This document shows, piece after piece, positions 38,958 to 51,968 of a stretch of DNA of 64,000 bases (the first letter of the stretch is position 1; every line of letters begins with the position of its first letter). The DNA lies in NCBI RefSeq assembly GCF_004010195.1, contig NC_057719.1:86473286-86537285 (forward strand), written 5' to 3'. Both the position numbers and the translations under genes were made by a program. Under the pieces are notes generated by a model. It did no database searches, was not told where the DNA came from, and worked only from the letters and a program-made list of their open reading frames with translations. This stretch comes from Chiloscyllium plagiosum. Taxonomy: Eukaryota.

Positions 38958-39352
38958 AAAAGTGAGGACTGCAGAAGCTGGAGATGAGAGTCGAGAGTGT
39001 AGTGCTGGAAAAGCACAGCAGGTCAGGCAGCATCCAAGGAGCAGGAGAGTCGATGTTTCAGGCAAAAGCCCTTCATCGTTTCGCAGGTTCCCACCTCAGG
39101 GGGCAGTCTGTGTGGAATTTACGTGTTCTCCCCGTGTCTCGAAGGGTTTCCTCTGGGTGCTCTGGTTTCCTCCCATGGTCCAAATGATGTGCGGGTCAGG
39201 TGGATTGGCCATGCTGAATTGCCTGTGGTGTTGAATGCATTAGTCAGGGTAAATATAGGGTAAGGGAATGGGTCTGGGTGGATTACTCTTTGGAAGGTCG
39301 GTGTGGACTTGTTGGGCCGAAGGGGCTGTTTCCACGTTGTAGGGAATCTAAT
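38958..39352. mobile_element. Penelope terminal fragment (minus, about 38958-39080) abutting a 5'-damaged HE1 SINE (plus)
   Basis: Same motifs as 27401 element, followed by V-like domain and tctaa tail. Confidence 0.8.
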
Positions 39353-39848
39353 CTTTCCCGTAATGTGGCACCAATAACTATATACATATGCCAGCTGAGG
39401 TCTGATAAATATCTTGTGCGAGTTCAACAAAACCTTCCTGCTCTTTAACTCTAGGCCCCTATTAACAAAGCTGAAAACACCATCGTTTATGAACTGCTCT
39501 CTCACTTGTCCTGCTGCCTTCAATGATCTGTACACACCCAGGCCCCTCTGCTCCTTCACCCCCGTTCGAATTGTATGCCATATTTTCTATTCTCTTTCAA
39601 TGGTTTTTTTAAACAAAGTGCATCACCTCACTCTTCTCTACATTGAAACCCATCTGCTACCTCTCTGTCCACTGTTCCATCTTGTAAATGGTCTTTTGGA
39701 CTCCAGTATTGTCCTTCCCATAGTTTGTAATCCTTCCAAGTTTAGTGCCATCTGCAAGCTTTGAAATTGTCCTCTGTAAACCAAGATCCGGATAATGTAC
39801 TTCAAGAATGTTGTGATCTCTGTTCCTTTCACATCTGTTTGTATCCCA

Positions 39849-40056
39849 TCAAAAGTCGCACAACACCCGGTTATACTCCAACAGATTTATTTGAAAACAC
39901 AAGCTTTCGGAGCGCAGCCCCTTTGCCAGGTCACCTGACAAAGATGCTGCACTCCGAAAGCTTGTGATTTCAAATAAACCTGTTGGACTGTAACCTGGTG
40001 TCGTGTGACTTCTAACTTTGTCCACCCAGCCCAATATTGGCACCTGCACATCATGC
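39849..40056. mobile_element. Fold-back short element, family 2, with decayed hammerhead-like core
   Basis: 10-bp TSD ttgtatccca (39839, 40057); arms fold about 39931; cac-CTGACAA..ctcc-GAAAG-CTT/gtg. Confidence 0.85.
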
Positions 40057-40107
40057 TTGTATCCCAGTTGATATCTGGGAAGTCCCAACTGTTATTGCTG
40101 TGTTGTC

Positions 40108-41370
40108 GAGTCATACAGTTGTACGGCACAGAAACAGACCCTTTGGTCGAACCAGTCCATGCTGGACGTATTCCCAAACGAAACGAGCCACACCTGCCGG
40201 CCCCTGGCCCATGTCCCTCTAAATTTTTTCTATTCATGCATCTATCCAAATGTCTTTTATATAGTGTAATTTTACCCACATCCTCCATTTTCTCAGGAAA
40301 ATGCACATGCGAACCACCCTGTGTGTAAAAAAAATTTACCTCTGATGTCTTTTTTAAACTTGCTCTTTTCATATTAAAAATGTGACCCCTCATCTTGAAA
40401 TCCCCCTTCCGAGGGAAAATACACCTACACCAACTCTATCTATAAATTTGGATGTTCGTGCTACGTTCCTCTATCTATAAATTTGGATGTTCGTGCTACG
40501 TTCCCCTGAGAAGCCATCACCCCCTACATTTTCCAAAACAGCATACATGTTTGAAATGGGTATATCCACAAAAGACTCCTGCACTAGCTGCCTATCTCTC
40601 TCACCCTTCCTGGAGTTAACCCATCTATCTGACTGTATCTGAGACTTTCCCCCCTTCCTATAACTGCCATCCATCACATACTGTTGCTGTTGCAAATTCC
40701 TCATTGCTTCTATCTGTCTTTCCAACCGATCCACTCGATCTGATAAGATTTGCATCGAACAGCATTTATGGCAGATATAATCTGCAGTAACCCTTAAACT
40801 CTCTTTAAACGCCCACATCTGACAAGAAGTACATATTGTTGCAAAGGCCATTTTTGCTCCTTCACAATCTACAGACCCAGAAAATAACACTGGCTTATTC
40901 TTCCACAAACACTGCCCCAGGTTAAATTAATAGCTATGGCTTATATTTTAAGTTTAATCAAGAGACTTATCTCCAAAAACATATAATCAAGAAAGAACCC
41001 ACTGTACTCACTAATACAGCCTCTCTCTTGCATAGACTTAAAAAAAACAATTACTTATCTGATTCTGTGCTGTGAACTTCGCCCAACAGTTCCTCCAAGA
41101 TTAGTTGTGAATTTCACTGTTTGTTAATTTTCCCAGATGCACTCCGATGTCCAGCGATACACGAATTCAAACAGCAAAGGCAGTAACTGTGCAGGTTCTC
41201 TCTCTCTCTCTCTCTCTCTCCTGCACTGTCCTCACCATGTGCTTCCTTTGTCTGTTCTTCTCCCTTTTAAACTGCTGTTAATTTGACTTTTTTTTTTCCA
41301 AAGTTCCAAAACAATGCAACAGCATATAAATTAGTAATTGCTGCTCCTGGAATTCGAGCATATCGAGAAT
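40108..41370 (-). mobile_element. Internally deleted CR1: 5'UTR and ORF1 start fused to 3' end
   Basis: ORF 40471..40908 has CxxC..CxxC (ICTSCQMW..YICHKC) typical of CR1 ORF1; joined to 3' end at a 35-bp tandem repeat; (TC)n at about 41197-41221. Confidence 0.8.
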
Positions 41371-41407
41371 ATGACTCTCATTATTTCATCAGATCGCGTC
41401 TCTAACT

Positions 41408-44400
41408 AGAGTCATAGAGATGTACAGCATGGAAACAGACCCTTCGGTCCAACCTGTCCATGCTGACCAGATATCCCAACCCAATCTAGTCCCACCTGCC
41501 AGCACCCGGCCTATATCCCTCCAAACCCTTCCTATTCGTATACCCATCCAAATGCATCTTAAATGTTGTAATTGTACTAGCCTCCACCACATTCTCTGGC
41601 AGATCATTCCATACACCTACCACCCTCTGCGTGAAAAAGTTGCCCCTTAGGTCTCTTTCCCCTTTCACCCTAAACCTATGCCCTCTAGTTCTGGACACCC
41701 CGATTCCAGGGAAAAGACTTTGTTAATTTATCCCATCCATGCCCCTCATAATTTTGTAAACCTCTATAAGGTCACCCCTCAGCCTCCGACGCTCCAGGGA
41801 AAACAGCCCCAGCCTGTTCAGCCTCTCCCTATAGCTCAAATCCTCCAACCCTGGCAACATCCTTGTAAATCTTTTCTGTACCCTTTTAAGTTTCACAACA
41901 GCTTTCCGATAGGAAGGAGACCAAAATTGCACGCAATATTCCAACAGTGGCCTCACCAATGTCCTGTCCAGCCTCAACATGACCTCCCAACTCCTGTACT
42001 TAATACTCTGACCAATAAAGGAAAGCATACCAAATGCCTTCTTCACTATCTACCTCTTAAGTTCCAGAGAAGAGAGTCCTAGCCTATCCAGCCTTTCTTT
42101 TTTTACTCGAGCCATCCATACCCAGCAACATCCTGGTAAACCTCTTGAGAACTCTCTCCAGCTTGATAAAATCCTTCCTCTAACTGAATGACCAGAACTG
42201 GACGCAGTTTTCTGGAAGAGACCTCACCAGTGTCCTGTATAATCTCAGAATGACTTCTCAACTCCTCTACTCAAAGAACTGAGCAATGAAGGCAAGTGTA
42301 CCAAATACCTTTTTAACCCCCTGTTTATATGTGATGCAAACTTCAAAGAATTATGTATCTGCACCCCTTGGTCCCTCTGTTCTACAACACTACCCAAGGC
42401 CCTACCATTAATTGTGTAAACCCTACCCTTGTTTGTTGTACCTTGCATTTATCCAGATTAACTCCATCTCCCATTGGCACATTTGATCAAGATCAGATCC
42501 CTTTTGTAATCTTATAAAATCTTTTTCCCTGTCTACAATGTCCTCAATTTTGGTGTCATCCTCAAACTTAATAACCATGCCTTTTTATGTTCTCATCCAA
42601 ATCATTTATATAAATGAAAAACCTCGAACCAATTATTGTGGAACACCAGTAGTCACAGGCCTCCCATCTGAAACGCAACCCTCCATTATTATTCTCCGTC
42701 TCCTGCCATTAAGCTAGTTATATATCCAATTGGCAAGCCCACCCTGAATCCCATGTGACCTAACTCTACTAATTAGTCTACCCTGCAGAACCTTGTCAAA
42801 GGCCTTACTAAAATCCAAAATAAACAACAGCTACTACTCTGCCATCATCAATCTTTGTGGTAATTTTCTCAAAAAAAACTTCCATGTTTATGAGACAATG
42901 ATTTCCTCACACAAAACTATGCCGAGTATCCTTAATAAGTTTTTTCCCCTTTCAATGTCCACAAATCCTGTATTTTCTAATCACCTCCAACAATTTACCC
43001 ATAACCTAAGTTAGACTCTCAGGTCTATAGTTCCCCGGTTTCTCCTTACAACCTTTCTTAATCAAAGGTACACTATTCGCCACCCTCAGGTACCTCACCT
43101 GTAGTTATAAATGATGAGAGGGCATAATTTTAGGATGAGAGGGGAAAGATATAAAAGGGACCTAAGGGGCATCATTTTCACACGGGGGAGGTGCATGTAT
43201 GGAATGAGCTGCCAGAGGAAGTGGTGGAGGCTGGTACAATTACAACATTTAAAAGGCATCTGGATGGGCATATGAATAGGAAGGGTTTAGAGGAATATGG
43301 GCCAGGTGCTGAAAAATTGGACGAGATTAGGTTGGGATATCTGGTTGGCATGGACAAATTGGACCAAAGGGTCTGTTTCTGTGCTGTACATCACTATGCC
43401 TCTGTGCAAATATTTCTGCAAGGCTTCTCGTAATTTCCTGTCTTACTTGTCACAACGTTCTGGTATACATTAGATCAGGTCCCAGAGATTTATTCACCTC
43501 TTTTATTCTCTAAGACCTCCTGGTCCTCTTATGTAACATGAACTCTCTTTAAAACATCAAAGTTTATTTGTCTGCATTCTCTAGACCCTATTTCTAACTG
43601 ACGTGAAATTTTCATTTAGTATCTGTCCTATCTCCTGGGGTTCAACACAAAGATGACCATCTTGCTCTTTAAGAGGCCCCATCTGCTCTCTAGTTACCCT
43701 CTTGCTCTTAATATATTAGTAAAATCTCTTCAGATGATTTGCCTTCCTAATTTCTTTTAAGAATGCCCCTACACTCTTTATATTAGAGATTCAATAAAGG
43801 GCGACACAGTGGCTCAGTGGTTAGTACTGCAGCCTCACAGCACCAGGGACTCGCGTTCAATTCCAGCCTCGGGCGACTTTGTGGAGTTTGCACATTCTCT
43901 CTGTCTGCATCGTTTTCTTCCGGGTGCTCCGGTTTCCTCCCACAATCCAAAGATGTGTAGGTCAGGTGAAGTGGCCATGCTAAATTGCTCATAGTGATAG
44001 GTACATTAGTAGGGGTAAATAGGGGGAATGGGTCTGGGTGGGTTACTCTTCGGAGGGTTGGTGTGGACTTGTTGGCCAAATGGCCTGTTTCCACACTCTA
44101 GGGAATCTAATCTAATCTTAAAAAAAAAAGTTGTCTGTATCTAAAATAAGATTCTTTTACATTCTTGCCTTGAACATCCATTGTTCCTTAACCTTAGCCC
44201 CTTATCATTCACTTTTAACAGAAACAAAATGCCTCTGAACTCTCATCATCACACTCTTGAACGCCTCCCACTTGTCAGACATTCTTTTAGCTGCAAACAG
44301 TCTACTCCTAACAACTTTTAAAAGTTCTTGCCTCAAACCATCAAAATTTGCCTTGCTCCAATTTAAAAACTTTAACCTTTTCCATAACCAGTTTGAAATA

Positions 44401-44560
44401 GAATTATGATCGGAAGACCCAAAGTGTTCCCCCACTTTTACTTTAATCGCCTGTTGTTTTTTGCTCTCAGAAATGTGCATATATATTTGCTCCTCTAACT
44501 ATCTCCCACTATTTTGGGTCAACAGTTTATACCGAGCGGTTTGGCTGCTCCTTTTTTGTT
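41408..44560. mobile_element. Nested CR1 cluster: young minus 3' end 41408-42052, older minus ORF2 to about 44560, plus-strand 3' end 43115-43405
   Basis: LVRPLLEYCVQFWSP (41723..42046), VGEHFGSSDHNSI (44205..44480), WNELPEEVVEAG (43191..43433). Confidence 0.88.
43799..44118 (+). mobile_element. HE1/V-SINE inserted in CR1
   Basis: A box, V-like domain, tctaa tail. Confidence 0.9.
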
Positions 44561-45289
44561 TGAGCTCAATTCATGTGTTCACATGGCCTCATTTCAGTTC
44601 TAAAAGCCATGAGACCCCTTCAAATCCTCAACTTCTTTTTAATAGCAACTGTGGCCTGACTGGCCTGTCCTTCATCCTGATTGTTATTCTGAAACGTCCA
44701 GTGGAAAGGTAGATAGTTTATTCTTAAATTCTCAATTCCTCATCAGCTCACACTTTCTAAGCCACAAACAAGGTCATAATGGGCAAAAGATTGGAAAGCA
44801 CTGGATTGAGCCTTTCCGATTTTGAGTCTAATTATGGAATATGACAAAATATGACTTGTACAGAATATAATAAACTGTTCATTATAATGTATACCTTGCT
44901 GTATTTCAAAACTGCATTAAGAAAACTTTAGTAAAGTAGATCTTACTTATTCTCAAGGTTGGAGGAATGTGATAGAATCTGCAGTTGGTAGGACCAATGA
45001 TGGAGCATGTGAAAGATGACTTGGTGAATGCATTGTCCTGGTCTGAAAGCTTGTATTTTTAGAGTGGTCCCTATCTGAAAGGAAGTCTGAATATTCAGGT
45101 TTCTGGAGACACTAGGATAATAAGTAAACCTGAAACTGAAGATGACTAAAACCAGATAAAAGCCACAGTTGACTTTTATTTGCTTGATAAACTAAACTTT
45201 TTCCGAGTGGAATCCTGTCTATTGGCTTCCAATTTTATGTTAGTATTATTCAGTAAATTTGGTTTGTCTCCATGGGCATTATGACACCA

Positions 45290-45800
45290 CCATGCTCCTT
45301 CTGGACACATGGAGCAGCCATAAGCAGCATTTGCTGTCTTGATGGAAGCACAAATACTTTCTTCAATAATGGCATCCATAGAGGACACACTACCAAGTTG
45401 TGAGAAATGTTCCTCCATCTTGAGACTGATGCAAACACAGTTATGTCTGGTTCTGCATAAAGTGTGCTTGAAGTCGGCTAAAATAACCCCAATCTTGGAA
45501 ATATTGATTTGGAATTGACAGCACTTGGGAATTTGTTCGCTATTGTTTGGGTGGATGTCTTCCTTGTGGGCAGATAGGACACAATCTTCTCATGGACAAA
45601 ATCTCTGGTTACTGACTTTAGTAAAGGCATGTAGTCTGGAGAGATTAAAGTGTTTCCTTGAATGGTACCCAACATGATGCATTCGTCTGGTGGCTTCCTT
45701 AATCATTGCAGCAAAGAAGAGCTGGAAGAGTTGGTAAACAACAGTGCATGCTCACTTTCCATTTCTTGGAACAGCACAGACAAGGACTGAAATTTGGTTA
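45290..45800 (-). mobile_element. Old RTE-type LINE RT fragment
   Basis: Minus peptides FSQLGSVSS..IKTANAAYG and QLFFAAMI resemble RTE RT motifs. Confidence 0.6.
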
Positions 45801-46612
45801 AGCATGGACCATTTATGCCAAATGTAGTGTACCCAGTGAAAGTCCAGAGGTAGTCCATTTACAGAAGTCCCCATAAGCACTAATAACAACATGAACTGTC
45901 AGTTTAGTGGACATTCACGCTTATTTTGTTCAACAGATGCCATTATTCGGAACACAAAAAAGTCACTTGCAACTTGAACATACACTTATAACAAGAAAGT
46001 CTACTATATATATCATTGTTCAGAGAAAGTTCATTGCCCCCGAGCCCAGATGAAGCGTTGAAGTTGTATGTATAATTTGTCATGATATTTGTAATTTTGC
46101 GTTTCTTTGTATTTGGTACTAAATTCCAAGTTTGTGGCTTCACTAAACTCCTTCTATTAAGTCAAGTAGCCAAATATTTGATACTTGTGGACAAGTAAGA
46201 TTAAATCACTTTGAATTATTTTAGGCATGTTGGAAAGATTTTACTATAGAACAAGCATCTTCAACTGTTTGACCAATGGCCTTCCATCTTAAGGTCAGAT
46301 GATTGAAATTAATGAAAGATAGAGTTAATGGTAGTTGTCTTTCCCTTAGGATACGGGATTTCAAGACTAGGGGGCACATTGTTAAGGTGAGAAGAGAAAG
46401 ATTTTTAAAAAAGATATGAGAGGCCATTTTATTTTTAACAGAGGGTGTTTCGCATATGGAATGGACGTCCTGAGGAAGTGGTGGATGTGGGTCCAGTTAA
46501 AACATGTAAAAGACATTTGATAAATACATGAATAAGAAAGGTTTGGAGGGGTATGGACCAGGAGCAGGCAGGTGAGGCTATGTTTAATTTGGGATTATGT
46601 TCAGCACGGACT

Positions 46613-47233
46613 GGTGACTATGCTAATGCTCCTTTAATAAGGTTATGTTGTCCTTGGTGGGTTTTTTTCAGGTTTGGTTTTAGATGGATTTTAGGACCAA
46701 TTTGATTATAGCTAACAGATACTGTGTCAAGGAAAAGGCTTTTAATTTTTTTAAAAAAACACACTTGTAAACTTGGCCAGTTCTCCCAGCTCAGCCTTTC
46801 TCTGGTTTGATTTGGTTTTTGCAGTCTGGCTATTCACTGAAAGCAGTCAGGCAGTTTTGAGGCTACTTATCCAAAAAATAGCTACATGGAAGAGGGTTAT
46901 CCATGCTGCCATCTCTCTCTCCTGCAAGACTCTGTTAACTTTACATTTTGTGCTAAGTGGTGTTTATGTGGACTCTTGTAAGTATTGGAAACAGCATCAT
47001 TAAGTTGGTATAATTTGTTGGGTTTTCAGATAGGTTAAGTTATTTTGTATTCTGATCTCTTTTGTTTGTGTTTCATTCCATAATCTTGTAAATAAACTCT
47101 GTTTTGTTTAAAACTAAGTGGTTTGACCAACTGCATCCCTCCTGGAGTATCCGCCTTACACCTGCTTAAAACAAAGTTAGGATCTAGGCTACTTTCTTGA
47201 ACTATTTTGAAGGAGTCTGGCCTGGTCCATAAC
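46613..47233 (+). mobile_element. Probable solo LTR interrupting a CR1 3' UTR
   Basis: CR1 tail gcacggactg...ccaaagggtctgtttcc is split by about 620 bp with T-rich body, aataaa near 47091 and ..gtccataac end. Confidence 0.65.
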
Positions 47234-47319
47234 CAAAGGGTCTGTTTCCATGCTGTGTGACTCTAAGTGGGAATAACAGTAATGATGACACAGTGATCAG
47301 TATCATTTTTAACTTCTCA

Positions 47320-48120
47320 AATACCGAAGCTGCCTGCATCCACATGCAGTAAGTCTTGTACAATATCCAGTTTGGGCTGATATGTGACAAGTGACATTTG
47401 TGTCACAAGTGCAGCAATGACCGTCTCCAACAAGAGCAAATGTAACTGTCATCCCTCATATTGAACAGCTTTACCATTGCTGAATCTACCACCAAGTAAC
47501 ATCTTGTGAATTGTCATTGATTAGAAGCTGAATGGGCTGACCACACAAATTCTATAGCTCTAAGTTCAGGTCAGAGGCTGTGAATTCTGTGTCACCTCTT
47601 GTTTCCCCAAAGCCTGTTCACACAGCACAAGCCTGGAATACTCCCTGCTTGTATGAATAACTGCAGTTCCAAATCCATCAGCTAGAGCAAAGAAGCCTAA
47701 TTGATTAATATTCACTCCATCAGCCACCAACACACTGCAGCAATTCACCAAGTCACCTTTAACTTCAAATCAGGGCAGTAGTTATAAAAGCAGATGCTGG
47801 AAATTTTCTGAAGAAAAGCTGAATTGCACTCTCAAAAGGTCAACTCAGTTTCTGTATCCACAGATGATGCCAGGCTTGCAGAATTTTTCTAGGCCTTTTA
47901 TTCAGGGACGGCAGTTGCATAAAGAAGATTGCCTCCTGCAAGTTGGAACTATGTTGCTGCTCCTTGAGTAAAGGTGGATTAAAGTCCCGAACCTCCCTCT
48001 CTAACGGTATTATGGATGTGCCTATATCACGTGGACTGCAGAGGCTCAAGAGATAGCTCAACACCACTTTCTCAGTGACAATTAGGGGTTTGTAACATTG
48101 CTGACCTAGCATGTGGCACT
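47320..48120 (+). mobile_element. L2/Crack-like LINE remnants (related pieces near 59960-60600 and 60950-61150)
   Basis: aatatccagtttgggctga..caagtgacatttg..gcaatgaccgtctccaacaag (NIQ.WA..WQVTF..AMT.SNK-like) and caattaggg..cac-type tail. Confidence 0.6.
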
Positions 48121-48991
48121 CTTGTGATAGAATACAAATAAAAAATGTGAATCAGCTTTAGGGCTTCAATTTTCTGACTATGGATATTGTCTTGCTTGTT
48201 ACTTGCTGGGATATTAAATTTGCATGCAAAAGTATTGATGGAGTGACATAACCATTTGCGATGATTTTGAAATGAGCTGTTACAGAATTCAAGGTCATGT
48301 GACTTGTATTGCAGTGTAATCAGACATGCAAAATATATTGCAATTACTGGAATTCTGGAATAAAAATGGAAATTGCTGGAAAGACTCATCCAGTATGGCA
48401 ACACCTGTGTGAAAAGAAACAGAGTTAATGTCTAAGGTTGTGACCTTTGTCAGAAAGTCAGCTGAGGTTCACAAGTGGTAAGCATGACATCTGTATCTCC
48501 CACCACAGATGCTGCAAGATTTTGAGTATTTTCAGCATTTTTTGTTTTTATAGAAAACAAATCACTTCTTTGAAATTGAGTTTTGCCGTATGGTTCCATT
48601 AAAGTCTGGTTTATGAGGTAGTGTATTTACATGTTTCAAAGACTTTCATGTTATTAGGTCTCTGACTTTGTTTTGCTTGATTACTTTTCCTGTGACTGTC
48701 TGCTCATTTCATCTTGTTCTAAGGCCACCACTCCTTGTTGTGCTTCAGTAGTTTTGTATTTCCTCACTGTTTTCCATTGTTCTGGTGAATTGTTCAGTGC
48801 TAAATGACTGATTACCCAAGCCTTTGTTGACTAAATGATCACCTCTACATTCTCCGAGTGATTGAGTAATATCAAGTGTGTGGATGTTTTGTTAGTGGCA
48901 GGCATTGTTTGGTTAAAGACTAAGAACCCATGCTCATAGTGTGTCTGAATAGCTCTGAACGTAATCCTTGAACCGGACACATTTATTGTCA

Positions 48992-49063
48992 ATCTCTGGT
49001 GCAGTTGGTTGGAGTGTTCAGCTATTAATCAAACAGTTTGTGGTTTGAGACCATCCAGAGATA
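48992..49063 (+). pseudogene. Decayed tRNA-Asn(GTT)-derived sequence
   Basis: atctctggtgcagttggttggagtgttcagctattaatcaaacagtttgtggtttgagaccatccagagata is colinear with vertebrate tRNA-Asn; many CpG-type transitions, a 2-nt deletion, anticodon GTT changed to ATT. Confidence 0.8.
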
Positions 49064-49413
49064 AAATCTTCATTATTGAGGAAGCTCCTTATTGTATAAT
49101 GATTCATATCCCTTTTTTCTCAGGAGATTTGTGTTCAGCTTCCTAGTGGGGATACATCATTCTCAATGTTTAGCTGTGGAAGGTCAAGTCAGTATTTACT
49201 GCAGGAGACAGGGTGCATTATCAGCTTCAGGAATAACATTTTAACTTAATTTTGTAAGTTTCATTTTAAGACTTGTTACATTTCAGACCAGGTTTTTTAA
49301 GTTGACCAGTTCATTAGAGTACTCTTAAACAGTCAGCCAGGACGCTGGGTCAGTAGTTAGTAGACATAAACCTCCAACGCTATTTTGAATATAACTGCTA
49401 TCAAGTAAAAGAT

Positions 49414-50270
49414 TTGTGAGGTGCTGCATTTTTTGAAAGCAAATCTTAGCAGGACTTATACACTTAATGGTAAGGTCCTAGGGAGTGTTACTGAACAGAG
49501 AGACCTTGGAGTGCAGGTTCATAGCTCCTTGAAAGTGGAGTCGCAGGTAGATAGGATAGTGAAGAAGGTGTTTGGTATGCTTTCCTTTATTGGTCAGAGT
49601 ATTGAGTACAGGAGTTGAGAGGTCATTTTGCAACTGTACAGGAAATTGGTTAGGCCACTTTTGGAATATTGCATGCAATTCTGGTCCCCTTCCTATTGGA
49701 AGGATGTTGTGAAACTTGAAAGGATTCAGAAAAGATTTACAAGGATTTGCCAGGGTTGGAGGATTTGAGCTATTGGGAGAGGTTGAATAGGCTGGGGCTG
49801 TTTTCCCTGGAGCGTCAGAGGCTGAGGGGTGACCTTATAGAGGTTTATAAAATCATGTGAGGGGCATGGATAGGATAAATAGACAAAGTCTTTTCACTTG
49901 GTTCGGGAAGTCCAGAACTAGAGGGCATAGGTTTAGGGTGAGAGGGAAAAAAAAATATAAAAGAGACCTAAGGGGTAAACGTTTTCACGCAGAGGGTGGT
50001 ACGTGTGGACTTGTTGGGCCGAAGGGCCTGTTTCCACACTGTAATGTAATGTAATCTAATCTAATCTAAAAATGTATGGAATGAGCTGCCAGAGGAAGTG
50101 GTGGAGGCTGGTATGATTGCAACATTTAAAAGGCATGTGGATGGGTATATGAATAGGAAGGGTTTGGAGGGATATGGGCTGGGTGGGACTACATTAGGTT
50201 GGGATATCTGGTTTGCATGGACGAGTTGGACTGAAGGATCTGTTTCTGTGCTTTCCATCTCTATGACTCT
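49414..50270 (+). mobile_element. CR1 3' portion with a short SINE/LINE tail inserted at about 50004-50068
   Basis: HFLKANLSRTY..RDLGVQVH; inserted ggacttgttgggccgaag..(TCTAA)n. Confidence 0.9.
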
Positions 50271-50579
50271 ATTTGTATTTCCTTTGAACTTTACCATCTG
50301 CCTTGAATCCATATGACATCCAAGAGATTTTTCTTTCTAATTAGATGCACCGAGACTAGATCTGGAGACTCAGTAGCTCCCACAATTGAAATATGAACTT
50401 GGCATGTGAAGAGGATCAAATCTGCACCATATCTGATCCACCACTTACTGCCTAACACTGTGCAACTTATTGAGTGTATTCATTTTTTTTAAAATAAAAA
50501 CTGAATTTGTATTGTAGGTACTGTCATTCCCATTGAGCTGGTAAGCTATCTGACAATTGAAAGGACAAAAGTATCACAA

Positions 50580-51045
50580 CACAAGAATAGTGCAGTACAG
50601 GTACAAGCCTTTCGCTCGTGCTGTCTGTTCTGAACTAATCCCATCTGCCTGAAAATGGTCTGTATTCCTCTACTCATTGGCTGTATATGTGTCTGTCTAA
50701 ATGCCTCTTAAATATCGATATCACCTCAGCAGCACATTTCAGGCACCTACCTCCTCTTGTATGTGGGGGAAATAAAATCTTTCCACACACCACCTTTAAA
50801 ACTTTCCCATTCTCACCTTAAACCTTTGCTCCCTAGTATTTTACGTTTCCGCCCTGGGAAAAAAGATTCCCAACAGTCAAACTTATCCATGCCTTTTATA
50901 GTTTTATATACTTCAATCAGGTCACCCCTCAGCCTCCAAAGCTGTAAAGAAAACAATCCACGCTTGTCCAACGTCTCCATATATTGCACTCCAATCCAGG
51001 CAATATCTTGGTAAACCTCTTTTGTCACCCTCTCCAAAGCCCCCT
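50580..51045 (-). mobile_element. CR1 3' fragment
   Basis: [19 protein letters not shown] on minus. Confidence 0.8.
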
Positions 51046-51539
51046 ATGCAGTATTATACAATGGGAATAATTTATAATATGCAAAATGCTTGCTACTAAT
51101 CTCTCCAAAAAAAGACAGCAGCTTTTATATTTGATAAATTGAATGCTTTTTGGTAACATTGTAATTGCTTTTATACTTGCATTGGATTCACTACACTTCT
51201 GCTTCCTCAGTCTATTTTAAATCAAATTAAAATTCATTAATTTTAGAGGACAGTCAAAACTGAATTTCACTTTTTATTTAAACAACATTTATTAATTGTA
51301 AAGTAATTTGTCCCCTGCAGCTGCAGTTATTTTTCTGTTAAAATGGATAAGGAAGATCCAATGTGGTATAGAATTAAGTTATTAATTAAATTATTAAATT
51401 AATCTAGATATTAAGTTACCCCATGTGAAATGTTGCTTCGGAGGTTCCATCATCATCTGCCCTGATCAGTTAAATTATTGAGTGTCGAGACTAGCAAAGG
51501 CTCCACCCAAAGGTCAGGTTATGACTTAAGTGTTAACAC

Positions 51540-51968
51540 AGTTAGAGGCTGAACAGACTGGGGTTGTTTACCCTGGAGCGTCAGAGGCTGAGGGATGACC
51601 TTATAGAGATTTACAAAATTATGAGGGGCATGGATAGAGTAAATAGGCAAAGTCTTTTCCCTGGGGTGGGCGAGTCCAGAATGAGAGGGCATAGGTTTAG
51701 GGTGAGAGGCAAAAGATATAAAAGAAACCTGAGGAGCAACCTTTTCACGTAGACAGTAGTACATGTATGGAATGAGCTGCCGAAGGCTGGTACAGTTGCA
51801 CCATTTAAGAGGCATTTGGATGGGTAGATGAATAGGAAGGGTTTGGAGGGATATGGGCCAGGTGCTGGCAGGTGGGACTAGGTTGGGTTGGGATATCTGG
51901 TTGTCATGGATGAGTTCGACCGAAGGGTTTGTTTCCATGCTATACATCTCTATGACTGTATGACTCTA
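51540..51968 (+). mobile_element. CR1 3' fragment
   Basis: LERQRLRDDLIEIYKIMRG; tatgact tail repeats. Confidence 0.88.

Noticed and set aside
45661..45740. tggtacccaa..cattgcagcaaagaa resembling the VPS39 end (YP..HCSKE)
   Set aside because: In-frame stop and no acceptor; better explained as the minus-strand RTE remnant
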